From an uncultured Candidatus Saccharibacteria bacterium (GTDB lineage Bacteria > Patescibacteriota > CAZHWT01), in the NCBI GenBank assembly GCA_964554805.1, contig CAZKPX010000006.1:11356-75355 (forward strand): 64,000 nt of DNA, read 5' to 3'. How positions within the stretch are numbered: position 1 is the stretch's first letter; the number at the start of each line of letters is the position of its first letter. The translations under genes were made by a program, and so were the position numbers. The notes beneath the pieces are model-generated. The model saw only the letters and a program-made list of their open reading frames with translations. It was not told where the DNA came from and did not search any database. Below are positions 18,727 through 28,096 of this stretch, one piece after another.

Positions 18727-21700
18727 CTACTCTACCCAGCTGAGAGTGGAGCTGCCCAGAGCTGGTTTTAGGATCTCCAGATATTTGGGCTGGAAGCGGA
18801 TGGTTTCTCCGGGGTTATTGTTGCCGGTACCAAGGTCTCTCTGAAGGCCGGTGGTTGCTCCGTTAAGGAAGTTTCCAGAGTTGCTAGTCGGCTGATTGCC
18901 AGCCAGACCTATCAGTGAGCCATTAATGATTAGAGGCTGGCCGCCAGCTTGAGTAACGAAGCTGCCACCGAAGATATAAGCGCCGTCCAGTCGAGTGACT
19001 GCTGAGCCGATGGTGATGTTGCCACTGACGATGAAGACTATGCCGGAGGAAGATGTGTCGTCGGTGATATTTTGATTAATAGCTAGATTGCCTTGGACAA
19101 AGTAGATTATTTGACTGTTAGGGCAGTTGGCATTGGTGATGGCGGTGGAGGCAACTGAGCGGGTCATAGTGTTGTTGGCGGCATCCGGAGGAATAATGAG
19201 GAAGGCTCTGCTTACTTGAGGGACGGGATTGGGGCTGCATGAGCTGAGGATATGGTTGCTTGTTGTGGCTGTGGCAGTGTCGATAGTGGTAATTGTGCCC
19301 AGATTACCGCGAACTGTTTGGAGGAGGCCTTGATAGGCTGGGCTGGTAATAGCTGGTTGATAGACAGGCACTTTCCATTGAGAGGTGGCTGCCAGCTTGT
19401 TGCTAGGGAGGTTTAGGCCCTGGGCATTGGCGGAATTGGCACTGACTAAGCCGGCCACGCTTTTGAAGAAGTATTGGTTGAATGGAATATTGAAGCTTAT
19501 TCCTCCGTTGGAGTGAACGTCGCCGGTGTTTCGGCTGGCGGCATTGCTGTCGATTTGAATCCATTTGGCGTAGCGGACTTCAAAGGTGGTGTAGGCAACT
19601 GGATTGTTGGCGCTACCGGCGGTTGATCGTGAGCCGACACAGATGGTGTAGATGCCTTGTGGAGTGCTGTCTGAAGCAGCTAGGAAAGCGACTAAGCTGG
19701 TTCGGCTGCTAGCTGGGAAAGTCATGGTGCCGACCAGAGGAGCTGCACTATTATCCAGATCGGCAGTTATGCCACTGGCCCCCCCTGAGCCACTCGTAAC
19801 GGCTGGGCTGTTGCCATTGTACGGTGCGCACAGAGCGGCTGAGTTGCTGCCGGGGTGAATGCCGACTACTGAGATGGTAATTGGATCGTTGCCCCAGGTA
19901 GCTTGCGATGGCAGGTAGTTCATATTGATGTCCTGAGTGGCTGAGTCACCGCCTGGTTCAGCGACGGTGCCGCTTGGAAGGGTGGTGTTGAATGATTGGC
20001 AGCTAGGGGTGGTAAATGGAGCGCCGGTTTGGAGATCGGGGCTGTAGCCATTGGTGGTGTTAGCCTGTAGAGTCCAGGTGTAATTGGTATTGCCGACTAA
20101 GCCGGCGGCGTTAGCGTTGGAGACGTTGCCAGCTAGGTCGAGAGTTTGAACTGGGTTGCCACCGGTAGAGATAATTAATCGATAACCCGTGATGTTGCCG
20201 CTACCGGCCGTCCAGGTGAAGCTAGCTGAGGTGCAGGTTGGCGTGGTGGCTGGGTTGAGTACGGGTTGGCGAATAACTGAGTAGTTGAAGCTACGCTGGT
20301 TGTCTGCAGGGTAGGTGCTTTCAGTGGTGCTGTTTTGGAAGTTGGCAAAGACTCGAGCGCTATAGTCAGCAGCATTGCCTTCCTGCCAGAAACTTGGCGC
20401 ACCTACAACGCTATTTGGCGAAGTTGAATTTTGATTGTTGGCCCAGTTAGCGCCACTCCATGAGCTGTAGGTGCGAGTTTGACTGGCATTAAATATGCCG
20501 TGGTTGAGAATGTAGAATGGAATATCGGACATTTCGTTGGCATTGACTTGGCTAGGACGGTTCTTATAGATAGCAGTTTTTGTGCCGGCCGGAAGAGTCG
20601 AAGGCCCGTTGTTCTGCATGGAGGCATAGAAATAGATATTCTCGTTGACGTTGAAGACAGACCGAGATGCCCCAGCATTGTTGGCTAGATTGAAGGCGGT
20701 GGCGACTAGGTTGGGTGGGTTGGCGATGGTAATGCTGCCTAGACTAATGTTGTCGGTGGCGATGACGGCGTTGAAGAGGTTGTAAAACCTAATACGCTGA
20801 TCGGGCGCAGGGACCGAGGAGTTAATGCTTTGGTTTCCGGTTGGTGCTCCTGATCGCACTCGAGCTGTGAATCGAAGACAATATTCAGCAGTGCTGTGAC
20901 TGTAGGGGACATTGGCATTAATCGTGTCGTTGCTGCCCGAAAGGGTTACGTTAGCTGTCCCAATTTGAGTATTTGTACTGCAATCGTACACACCAGCGAC
21001 GGCAGTGATGCTGTTATTGCCGAAGACGCCGGTATTGAGTTGGTCTGTGACTGTGAAGTGAGTCGGGGTGATAGTATTGCGGATAAAATTTAAGGCAGAG
21101 GTCATATCGGGCTCTTTTGTAGCAATGCGACCTGAGTTAATTGCAGCAGTGATTGTATAGTCTATAAAATCTATACCAGTAACATCATCTGTATTTGAAT
21201 TGGGATAGTCTAAAATATAACCGCAAGGAGATTGATACCTATTGGCTACTGGCGGGGTCATACCAAATGAACCATCAAGCTCATTGCCAAGTTGGTCGCC
21301 TCCGGGTATCAGCATTAATTGATTGAATCTCTGGTTTGCGATGTTTAATGAGCCAGGCACTCGTGACGTACTCCCTCCGGTAAATACGCACTGACCATCC
21401 CAAGCGGTTAACCCATAACGTCGGCTACCAAAGGCAGGATAGTTGTGAACACCGTCAGTTAGGGCAACGAGAAATCTGCCACTACTTGTGCCTGTACTAA
21501 ATAAGTTATTTCCATCTCTCAGACCTCTGTGCAAATCTGAGTATGCTCCTCCAACAGAGGCCTTTACGCCGTTTGTGGCATTTGTTCCTATGGCGTTTTT
21601 TAAATTTGTTATGTCAGTATTACCAGAAATGGTTGTAAGAGGAAAATGTGTTTCAGGGAAGTATCCAATGTCATCGTACAAATTTTCATTATAGCCGAAA

Positions 21701-22056
21701 GAAACAATACCAACTTTAACTAAGCCTGGGTAATTGATCAATGAATCTGCAAAACTGCGCATCGGTACTTTCATATTAGTGATTTCAGTTGCCATTGAAT
21801 ATGAGGCATCTACCACAAACACGACTTCAAATGGTGGGAGGTTAATGTTAGTCGGCTTAGGAATTCGTATTTCTAAATTGGCAGTTTGGCCGGGAGTGTA
21901 TGAGGTGGCACTGCTTGTGACAACTTTGTTAGCAGCAGCCTGGATAGCCTGAGGGCTTGAGCTAAGGATGATGGTGATGGCAATTAGTGATAGTGTGCTT
22001 AGACGGAAAGCCTTTTTAGAAATGTTCTTTATCTGACGACTGGAAAGTTTTGACAT
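18727..22056 (-). CDS. giant surface protein with N-terminal vWA (MIDAS) domain; paralog of 24965-27499
   Basis: Signal/TM N-terminus. vWA signature 'VVFVVDASYSMATEI...VGIVSFG'. The C-terminal about 250 aa resemble those of the 844-aa paralog ('TRLDGAYIFGGSF...GLQRDLGTGNNNPGETIRFQPKYL'). Confidence 0.8.
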   Translation of the reverse strand: MSKLSSRQIKNISKKAFRLSTLSLIAITIILSSSPQAIQAAANKVVTSSATSYTPGQTANLEIRIPKPTNINLPPFEVVFVVDASYSMATEITNMKVPMRSFADSLINYPGLVKVGIVSFGYNENLYDDIGYFPETHFPLTTISGNTDITNLKNAIGTNATNGVKASVGGAYSDLHRGLRDGNNLFSTGTSSGRFLVALTDGVHNYPAFGSRRYGLTAWDGQCVFTGGSTSRVPGSLNIANQRFNQLMLIPGGDQLGNELDGSFGMTPPVANRYQSPCGYILDYPNSNTDDVTGIDFIDYTITAAINSGRIATKEPDMTSALNFIRNTITPTHFTVTDQLNTGVFGNNSITAVAGVYDCSTNTQIGTANVTLSGSNDTINANVPYSHSTAEYCLRFTARVRSGAPTGNQSINSSVPAPDQRIRFYNLFNAVIATDNISLGSITIANPPNLVATAFNLANNAGASRSVFNVNENIYFYASMQNNGPSTLPAGTKTAIYKNRPSQVNANEMSDIPFYILNHGIFNASQTRTYSSWSGANWANNQNSTSPNSVVGAPSFWQEGNAADYSARVFANFQNSTTESTYPADNQRSFNYSVIRQPVLNPATTPTCTSASFTWTAGSGNITGYRLIISTGGNPVQTLDLAGNVSNANAAGLVGNTNYTWTLQANTTNGYSPDLQTGAPFTTPSCQSFNTTLPSGTVAEPGGDSATQDINMNYLPSQATWGNDPITISVVGIHPGSNSAALCAPYNGNSPAVTSGSGGASGITADLDNSAAPLVGTMTFPASSRTSLVAFLAASDSTPQGIYTICVGSRSTAGSANNPVAYTTFEVRYAKWIQIDSNAASRNTGDVHSNGGISFNIPFNQYFFKSVAGLVSANSANAQGLNLPSNKLAATSQWKVPVYQPAITSPAYQGLLQTVRGNLGTITTIDTATATTSNHILSSCSPNPVPQVSRAFLIIPPDAANNTMTRSVASTAITNANCPNSQIIYFVQGNLAINQNITDDTSSSGIVFIVSGNITIGSAVTRLDGAYIFGGSFVTQAGGQPLIINGSLIGLAGNQPTSNSGNFLNGATTGLQRDLGTGNNNPGETIRFQPKYLEILKPALGSSTLSWVE

Positions 22057-22060
22057 AGTG

Positions 22061-22687
22061 TTATTTGGCTTCTGTTAATTTGTACCCTGATTGCTTGAGC
22101 TGGTCTAGGCTTTCGTTGAGGGTATGGACATTGCGGATATTCTTAGCTTTTAAAATAGCGACTGCTTTGTCTAGGTCTTCTTCATTGGGGCTATAAACAA
22201 CCATGTCGACATCGGTATTTAAGTAGGCAATCTGTAGTCCGCTTAATGGAACGTTTGTTGCGCCTACAATATGTTGTTTATCAAAGTCCTCTGTGGGCCG
22301 GATATCCATAACTATAAATCCGTCTAGAGCCCAGGCGGCTTCGTCTTTGTCTTCTTGGATTTTAGCTACCTGATCTTTGAAGTCGCTTTTTAAATTTTCT
22401 GCAGTAGTCTGTTTAACTGAAGTTTGACTATCTCGATTTTGGTTAGGGAGTAGTTTGAAGTAAAAAAGAAGGCCGATGGCTATAAAAAAGGTTACGGATG
22501 CCAGAACAATAATATGTTTTCTGGAGTATGGTGGTAACAAGAATTTCATAAGAATAGTTCTAATACATATCATTGTGTCTTTTACATGCTTGCTTGTCAA
22601 CCCTGATTTAGTCGGGGTTGGGTGTGTTTTTTGTGTGCCACTGTAGGCTGCGACGATTCTTTCAGCATGACTGGAATGCATATGCAA
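22061..22687 (-). CDS. membrane-anchored rhodanese-like domain protein (catalytic Cys replaced)
   Basis: Single TM helix followed by rhodanese fold 'FIVMDIRPTEDFDKQHIVGATNVPLSGL...MVVYSPNEE'. Ser occupies the active-site Cys position. It sits 4 bp upstream of the vWA gene. Confidence 0.6.
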   Translation of the reverse strand: MHMHSSHAERIVAAYSGTQKTHPTPTKSGLTSKHVKDTMICIRTILMKFLLPPYSRKHIIVLASVTFFIAIGLLFYFKLLPNQNRDSQTSVKQTTAENLKSDFKDQVAKIQEDKDEAAWALDGFIVMDIRPTEDFDKQHIVGATNVPLSGLQIAYLNTDVDMVVYSPNEEDLDKAVAILKAKNIRNVHTLNESLDQLKQSGYKLTEAK

Positions 22688-22807
22688 CTAAACTTTGCTA
22701 AACTCTGGCCCCCCGGAGCAGGACCTTATTTGGCAATGTGATTTTCACTTGTCCTATAGATAAATATTTAACTCAGATATAGAATAAATATTGTAACCTA
22801 TAGCCTA

Positions 22808-22836
22808 TTGACAGATGCTTATATATATAGTATAAA
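22808..22836 (+). promoter_or_regulatory. sigma70-like promoter (TTGACA-17-TATAAA) in an AT-rich divergent intergenic region
   Basis: TTGACA at 22808-22813, 17-bp spacer, TATAAA at 22831-22836. It lies upstream of the 23187 gene. Confidence 0.45.
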
Positions 22837-23186
22837 TGAGCTATAAGACATCGCGACTATGAGGTCTATGCACGTTTCTTTTAATATGCTATAGTCCTCA
22901 TGACGCAAAGTCTTTTGTCGTACCTTGACAGGCGCATATAGTGTAAATCTTAAACTTAGTCCCCTACTCTTTTCTTTGATAAGCAGCAGAACTAGGCCTA
23001 GCTACCAGTGGTAGTTGGTCTGGCTCTGCTGTGGAATCAAGGACTGTAGGGAATCCAGTCTTGAATCGCAGGAGGTCGAAGAGCGACCTTGGGATCAATT
23101 GCCAACTCAATGGTATTGATCACTCCCAGCGGAAACTCAGGCTGGGAGTTCCAGTCAATATTCCATTCAAGGAAAGGAGACTGGCA

Positions 23187-24680
23187 ATGTCCCAGTCTAA
23201 GAAGTTCGTCATCGTTCGTTCGCTTGTCGTGTTTGTGATGCTGATGGTCTCGCTCGCCGGGACTCAATCGGCACTCGCTGGTCCGTCGTCTTCGATTGAT
23301 CCGTGGGTCATGATGGCCCAGGATCAGGAGGAAGGCTCGACAGAAGCGCCCGCCGAGACCGTCGCGGTCGCGGATGAGCCGACGGCACCAGAAGTGGTGC
23401 AGCCACAGAATGTTGTCGTCAATGAGCCTGCTGTTCCGGAAACGGTGCAGCAGGAACCGATCGTCGAGCAGCCCCCTGCGCCGCAAGCGGTGCAGCAGGA
23501 GCCGATCATTGTCGACGAAACGACTGAAGTCGAAACCGAGGAGACCGTCATGGTCTCCGAAGAATCGACCGAGGTTGTCACTGAGGAGGCGACGGAAGTC
23601 GTCACCGAAGATCCGACGGAAACGCCGGTGACGGAAGAACCTGGTGGCGCGTGCGATTTCAGCGCTTGCGTTGAGATTGTCAGCACTGACTGCGAAGCAG
23701 GCACGCTGACGTTCTCTGTCGAAGTCCGTGTCGGTGGAGCCGCGAACGTCGAAGCTTACGCTTACGATGCTCGCGGATATGATGAAAGCGCAATCGTGTC
23801 TTTCACAATGAGCACTGGGTCTGACACGGCAACCCTTCCTAATGGTCCTTTCGAAGGATCCACAACCTTTGCAGTTGATGCTGGCTTCAGCCATGCGGAA
23901 ACTACTGTGGTGTGCGGGGGGACTTCAACCGAAGAACCTACGGAAGAACCGACGGAAACGCCGGTTTCAGAGGAGCTCGTCATCGATGCTTCTCTGCAGG
24001 GGTGCACCGGGATCAACGTCGCGCTTTCCGGCGCGGTTGAAGGCCAGGTCTACACGGTCAAGGTCTTCGTCTCCGAGGTTCTCATTGCCAAGTTCGACTA
24101 CAGTTCTCCTCAGCTGGTTGAGCATATTCTGCTCACCGGTGATACGGTGACTGTCAAGGTCGAAGGCGCCGAAAAGTGGACGGAGCCTGTTGAAGACTGT
24201 GATGCTCCAACCGAGACCCCGGATCCGACAGAGGAGCCGACGGAAGAGCCAACCGAGGAGCCGGTAACCCCGGAGCCCACGGAGGAACCAACCGAGGAGC
24301 CGACTGAAGAACCGACCGAAACGCCGGGCCCGACGGAGGAACCGACGGAAACGCCGGATCCAACCGAGGCTCCAACCGAGGAACCGGTTGAAGAACCGAC
24401 CACCACTCCTGGTGGCGGGTCGACAGACGGTCCGACCCAGCCTGGCTCCGGCCAGACTGGCGGCGGTATCACCGACACCGGGAGCGGAACGGCCTCCAAG
24501 TCGACGACTTCGTCGCCGACGACGGAAACGGTCGACCCAGTCACTGGCTTGCCGGTGTCTGGGTCTGGACCGTTCCTCGTCACTTCGAGTGGCCTGGCGA
24601 TCTTGGCCGGGATCATGGCGATGGTTTTTTGGTGGCATGCGGATTTCTTCCGTTCTGCCTGCAACTATCGCCGGAGGTAA
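23187..24680 (+). CDS. secreted Pro/Thr/Glu-repeat surface protein with C-terminal sorting-signal-like tail (LPVSG + hydrophobic + RRR)
   Basis: RBS AGGAGA precedes the ATG. Signal peptide 'VFVMLMVSLAGTQSALA'. (PTEE)n low-complexity linker. Ends with 'GLPVSGSGPFLVTSSGLAILAGIMAMVFWW...RRR'. Markedly GC-rich relative to its neighbours. Confidence 0.7.
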   Translation: MSQSKKFVIVRSLVVFVMLMVSLAGTQSALAGPSSSIDPWVMMAQDQEEGSTEAPAETVAVADEPTAPEVVQPQNVVVNEPAVPETVQQEPIVEQPPAPQAVQQEPIIVDETTEVETEETVMVSEESTEVVTEEATEVVTEDPTETPVTEEPGGACDFSACVEIVSTDCEAGTLTFSVEVRVGGAANVEAYAYDARGYDESAIVSFTMSTGSDTATLPNGPFEGSTTFAVDAGFSHAETTVVCGGTSTEEPTEEPTETPVSEELVIDASLQGCTGINVALSGAVEGQVYTVKVFVSEVLIAKFDYSSPQLVEHILLTGDTVTVKVEGAEKWTEPVEDCDAPTETPDPTEEPTEEPTEEPVTPEPTEEPTEEPTEEPTETPGPTEEPTETPDPTEAPTEEPVEEPTTTPGGGSTDGPTQPGSGQTGGGITDTGSGTASKSTTSSPTTETVDPVTGLPVSGSGPFLVTSSGLAILAGIMAMVFWWHADFFRSACNYRRR

Positions 24681-24964
24681 GGTGAAAGGTTTACACTAGT
24701 GCTACCGTCACAAAACGGTATGACAATAGTGTGAGAAGACACCTGGGGGTGGTTAGCAGCAATGCCGACCACCCCTTTCTCATTTTAAAAATATAAGGGG
24801 TGAGATTTGAAATTTTAGAATCTGTTTGGGCGAGGATGACAAGCCGTGTTTATTTTTAACACCTAGATCCTATACTTCAGCTTTGCTTGCGTGCTTCGGG
24901 CTTTGCCCTCCGTAGCGCCTGCGGCTCCAGGATGACAAGTCGTGTTTATTTTTAACACGACTTG

Positions 24965-27499
24965 TCAATTTTCTTGCCAGGATAGGCTGCTGCCGCCGAG
25001 GAGGCTGTTGACTAAGTGCAGGTACTTGGGTTGATAGATGATGGATTCGGCGGGATTGTTGTTGCCTGTGCCGAGGTCTCGTTGGAAGCCTGAGGCTGAG
25101 CCGGTGTGGAATCGACCAGTTGCGTTGGATGGATTTTTGCCGCCTAGGCCAATCAGTGATCCCTTGGTGGTGATGGCTTGGTCGCCTACTCCATTGCTGA
25201 ATGACCCGGCAAATATATACATACCATCAAGTCGGGTGACATTGGGCTGGACGATGATGTCGCCTTGAACGATGAAGGTTATAGATGAAGCATTGGTATC
25301 GTCAATGATATTTTGGCTGACAGTTAGATTGCCGTCGACGAAGTAAATGGTGCTGGCGCTGGGGCAGTTGGCATTGGTAAGACTGGTGAGCGAACCTCTG
25401 GTTAGATGGCCGGCGATGCGGAAAGCTTTGGTCTGACCAGCTGCACATTGAGCCATGGTGTGAGGCTGACCACTGCCGGCAGGAGTAGCGGGTCGGACTT
25501 CAGGTGCACCGGCATTGTTGGTGGCTGTTTCTAATAATTTGGCGTATATAGGCGAGTTGATGGTTTGATTGTAGGCGCCTATTCTCCACTCTACTAAGCT
25601 AGAAAGTCTTCCTGAAGTGATGCTAAGAGCACTAGCTGTTGAGGATGATGAGCTGACTAAACCAGCCAATCCTGAGCTAAAGAAATATTGTGTTGGTGGA
25701 ATACTGAAGGTAATGCCGCCATTGGAGTGAATATCGCCACTATGTCGACTAGCCGAGGTGGCGCCAACTTGCAGCCAAGAAGCATAACGGACTTCAAAGG
25801 TGCGAGCGACTATCGGGTTATTGGCTGTGCCAACTGCTGAGCGGGAAGCAATACATAGTGTGTATGTGCCTTGAGTGGCGGCTGAGGTTGTTAGTTCTAG
25901 ACTAACTTGGTTACGTGACGAGGCTGGGAATGTATAACTGCCACCCGTGGCACCGTCATGTGGTATATGTAAGTTTATGTCGCTGCCCGAGCTGACAGCT
26001 GGACTGGCATTGGTGTAGGCTGAACAATTATTTGTACCTGACAAAATAGCGACTACTGATGTTGTGAGCTGGCCATTGCCCCATGTTGCTAAGTCGGGTA
26101 GGTACGTAAGGTTGATATTCTGGATAGCGGCTGCGCTGCCTGGTTGAACAATGGTGCCTTGAGGAGCTTCGGTGTTGAAATTTGGGTTGGGGGTTGGGTC
26201 AGTGATAACAATCGAACCCGGAGCGATGGTATCAGTTCTGATGATGGTGCCGTTGTTATTGCGGTGATTGATACTGTTGTTGATTGTGTTAATAGTGGTG
26301 CTGCCGGTGGTTGGGCTATCTTTGACAGTGGCGGTAAAGCGAACGCAGAAGTTGGTTTCGCTGCCGAGATTGGTGATGTTGCCCGAAATAGTTAGGCCAA
26401 CGGCAGTTAGAGCAATGGTGCCAATTGGCGTGTTGGTACCACAGCGGTAGACTGCAATATTATCTATGCCCTTGGCAATATCGAAGACGTTGCTGTTGAG
26501 AACATCGTTTAGCTGGATGGTTTGGACTTGCTTGAGTAGTGTCGCTTCATCAATGATGCTGTTGAGATCTGGGCTGATGCTTGAAACTAAGGCAGAATTT
26601 GGATAAACACGGCGAGGCCAGTCTGCCATATCATCAAGAAGGTCGCAGGCAAGTGTGGCCCAGCCTCGTCCACCTTCGCCTGGCCTACAGACTGATTCTA
26701 TAAGCGGAATGTTGTGGTTGAAGCCCCAGCTAACATAGGCGTTTCGGCCGACTTGAGCTGTAGTGCCTCCGCAAGGCCCAGTGGTGCTAGTATTGAGGGT
26801 GCGAGTATAATCGGTGCCAATTTTTAGAGGCAGAATGCGGAACGTTGATGATTTCAGAGTAATTGCAGGTCCCAGGGTGGCTGAAGGTGCGGTGGCAGTG
26901 CCATTGACTATGACCGGACAATTGCCGGATGATCGCAAGCCAGTGCCGGGATTGACTGGATTGGGAGGGGTGTTGGCGTAACCATCTGTTAGCAGGAACA
27001 TATACTTTTTGGCTGTACTGTTAGTAAACAAGGCATTGCCGTCCTGCATACCTTTGACGATATCTGAATAAGCACAACCAGGACAGCCAATATACATATT
27101 ATCAATGGCTGCTTTAAAAGAACTAGCACTGGCTGCAGTAATAACGGACGGACCAAATGAGCCGTATCCTTGACCGAAGCTGCGCAAGCCTATACTCACC
27201 ATGCCGTAGTACGGAGCTAGGTCATCGGCAAATTTTTTAAGAGCGGTTCGGGCAGTATTGACTTCGCTGCCGATCGATCCTGACAAATCCATGACCACCA
27301 CAACTTCGATTGGATCAACTGAGCTGGGAGGAGTGGTGGGCTTGGTGACTTGAATTTCAATTGGCACTTCATCGCCCGGGGCGTATGGTCCGCTGTTGGT
27401 GGTATTTTTTGGAGCAATGTCAGCCTGAGCAGGTAGCGGTACCCACAGACTAACGACTACCAAGAGGCTTAAGAAGATGGATAAAAATTTACTGCTCAT
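24965..27499 (-). CDS. giant surface protein with N-terminal vWA (MIDAS) domain; paralog of 18727-22056
   Basis: Signal peptide. 'VVVVMDLSGSIGSEVNTARTALKKFADDL' DxSxS motif. C-terminal region is homologous to the 1109-aa paralog. Confidence 0.8.
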   Translation of the reverse strand: MSSKFLSIFLSLLVVVSLWVPLPAQADIAPKNTTNSGPYAPGDEVPIEIQVTKPTTPPSSVDPIEVVVVMDLSGSIGSEVNTARTALKKFADDLAPYYGMVSIGLRSFGQGYGSFGPSVITAASASSFKAAIDNMYIGCPGCAYSDIVKGMQDGNALFTNSTAKKYMFLLTDGYANTPPNPVNPGTGLRSSGNCPVIVNGTATAPSATLGPAITLKSSTFRILPLKIGTDYTRTLNTSTTGPCGGTTAQVGRNAYVSWGFNHNIPLIESVCRPGEGGRGWATLACDLLDDMADWPRRVYPNSALVSSISPDLNSIIDEATLLKQVQTIQLNDVLNSNVFDIAKGIDNIAVYRCGTNTPIGTIALTAVGLTISGNITNLGSETNFCVRFTATVKDSPTTGSTTINTINNSINHRNNNGTIIRTDTIAPGSIVITDPTPNPNFNTEAPQGTIVQPGSAAAIQNINLTYLPDLATWGNGQLTTSVVAILSGTNNCSAYTNASPAVSSGSDINLHIPHDGATGGSYTFPASSRNQVSLELTTSAATQGTYTLCIASRSAVGTANNPIVARTFEVRYASWLQVGATSASRHSGDIHSNGGITFSIPPTQYFFSSGLAGLVSSSSSTASALSITSGRLSSLVEWRIGAYNQTINSPIYAKLLETATNNAGAPEVRPATPAGSGQPHTMAQCAAGQTKAFRIAGHLTRGSLTSLTNANCPSASTIYFVDGNLTVSQNIIDDTNASSITFIVQGDIIVQPNVTRLDGMYIFAGSFSNGVGDQAITTKGSLIGLGGKNPSNATGRFHTGSASGFQRDLGTGNNNPAESIIYQPKYLHLVNSLLGGSSLSWQEN

Positions 27500-27977
27500 A
27501 GATTACAAAACCTCGTTCGGAAAGGGCTGTGAGTGGATCATTGAGAGTATAAATCTTAGTAATGCTCTTTGATTTGAGGATGGACTTGGCTTGATCGAGT
27601 TGCTCAATTGAATCGGAATAGACTACTACGGTGGCTCCTGAACTGATTGCCGTGCGGTCCAACCATGCAAGCGGCACGGATATGGCGCCTTCTATATGAG
27701 ATTTGGTAAAGTCCTCAGTGGAGCGAATATCGTACATGACAAATTGGTTATCGCCCCAGGCAGCTGATTGATTGCCTAACTGGGCTAAAGTGAAAGGAGC
27801 AGTAATGTCCTGGTTATTGCGGAGATCTTGGGCTTGAATGGTGGTGGCTGTGGTTGTATTGGCTTGACGATCTGCCTGCATTTTCCAGGCAAACAATACG
27901 CTAATGGCTATAAAAAAGGTTAAGCTGGCTAGGACAATGATATGTCGTTTGCCGTATGGGGGCAGAAAAAAAATCAT
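27489..27977 (-). CDS. membrane-anchored rhodanese-like domain protein (no catalytic Cys); paralog of 22061-22687
   Basis: TM helix plus 'FVMYDIRSTEDFTKSHIEGAISVPL...VVVYSDSIEQ'. It overlaps the downstream vWA gene by 11 bp. Confidence 0.6.
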   Translation of the reverse strand: MIFFLPPYGKRHIIVLASLTFFIAISVLFAWKMQADRQANTTTATTIQAQDLRNNQDITAPFTLAQLGNQSAAWGDNQFVMYDIRSTEDFTKSHIEGAISVPLAWLDRTAISSGATVVVYSDSIEQLDQAKSILKSKSITKIYTLNDPLTALSERGFVIYEQ

Positions 27978-28096
27978 ACAATGGTTGGTCGATTTGATCG
28001 ATGTATAGATTTATTGTAGCTTGCCTGTATTAGGTTGGCAAGCCGGTGATGGTTGCTTGTAGGAATTGAGCGGGATGTTTGGGTATAATTGGGGTA

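Noticed and set aside
23037-24699. Long minus-strand and alternative-frame ORFs (23037-23894, 23324-23704, 23967-24638, 24110-24664 and others)
   Set aside because: They overlap the GC-rich PTEE-repeat surface protein gene. They translate to Arg/Ser-rich low-complexity sequence typical of spurious ORFs in GC-rich, repeat-rich DNA.
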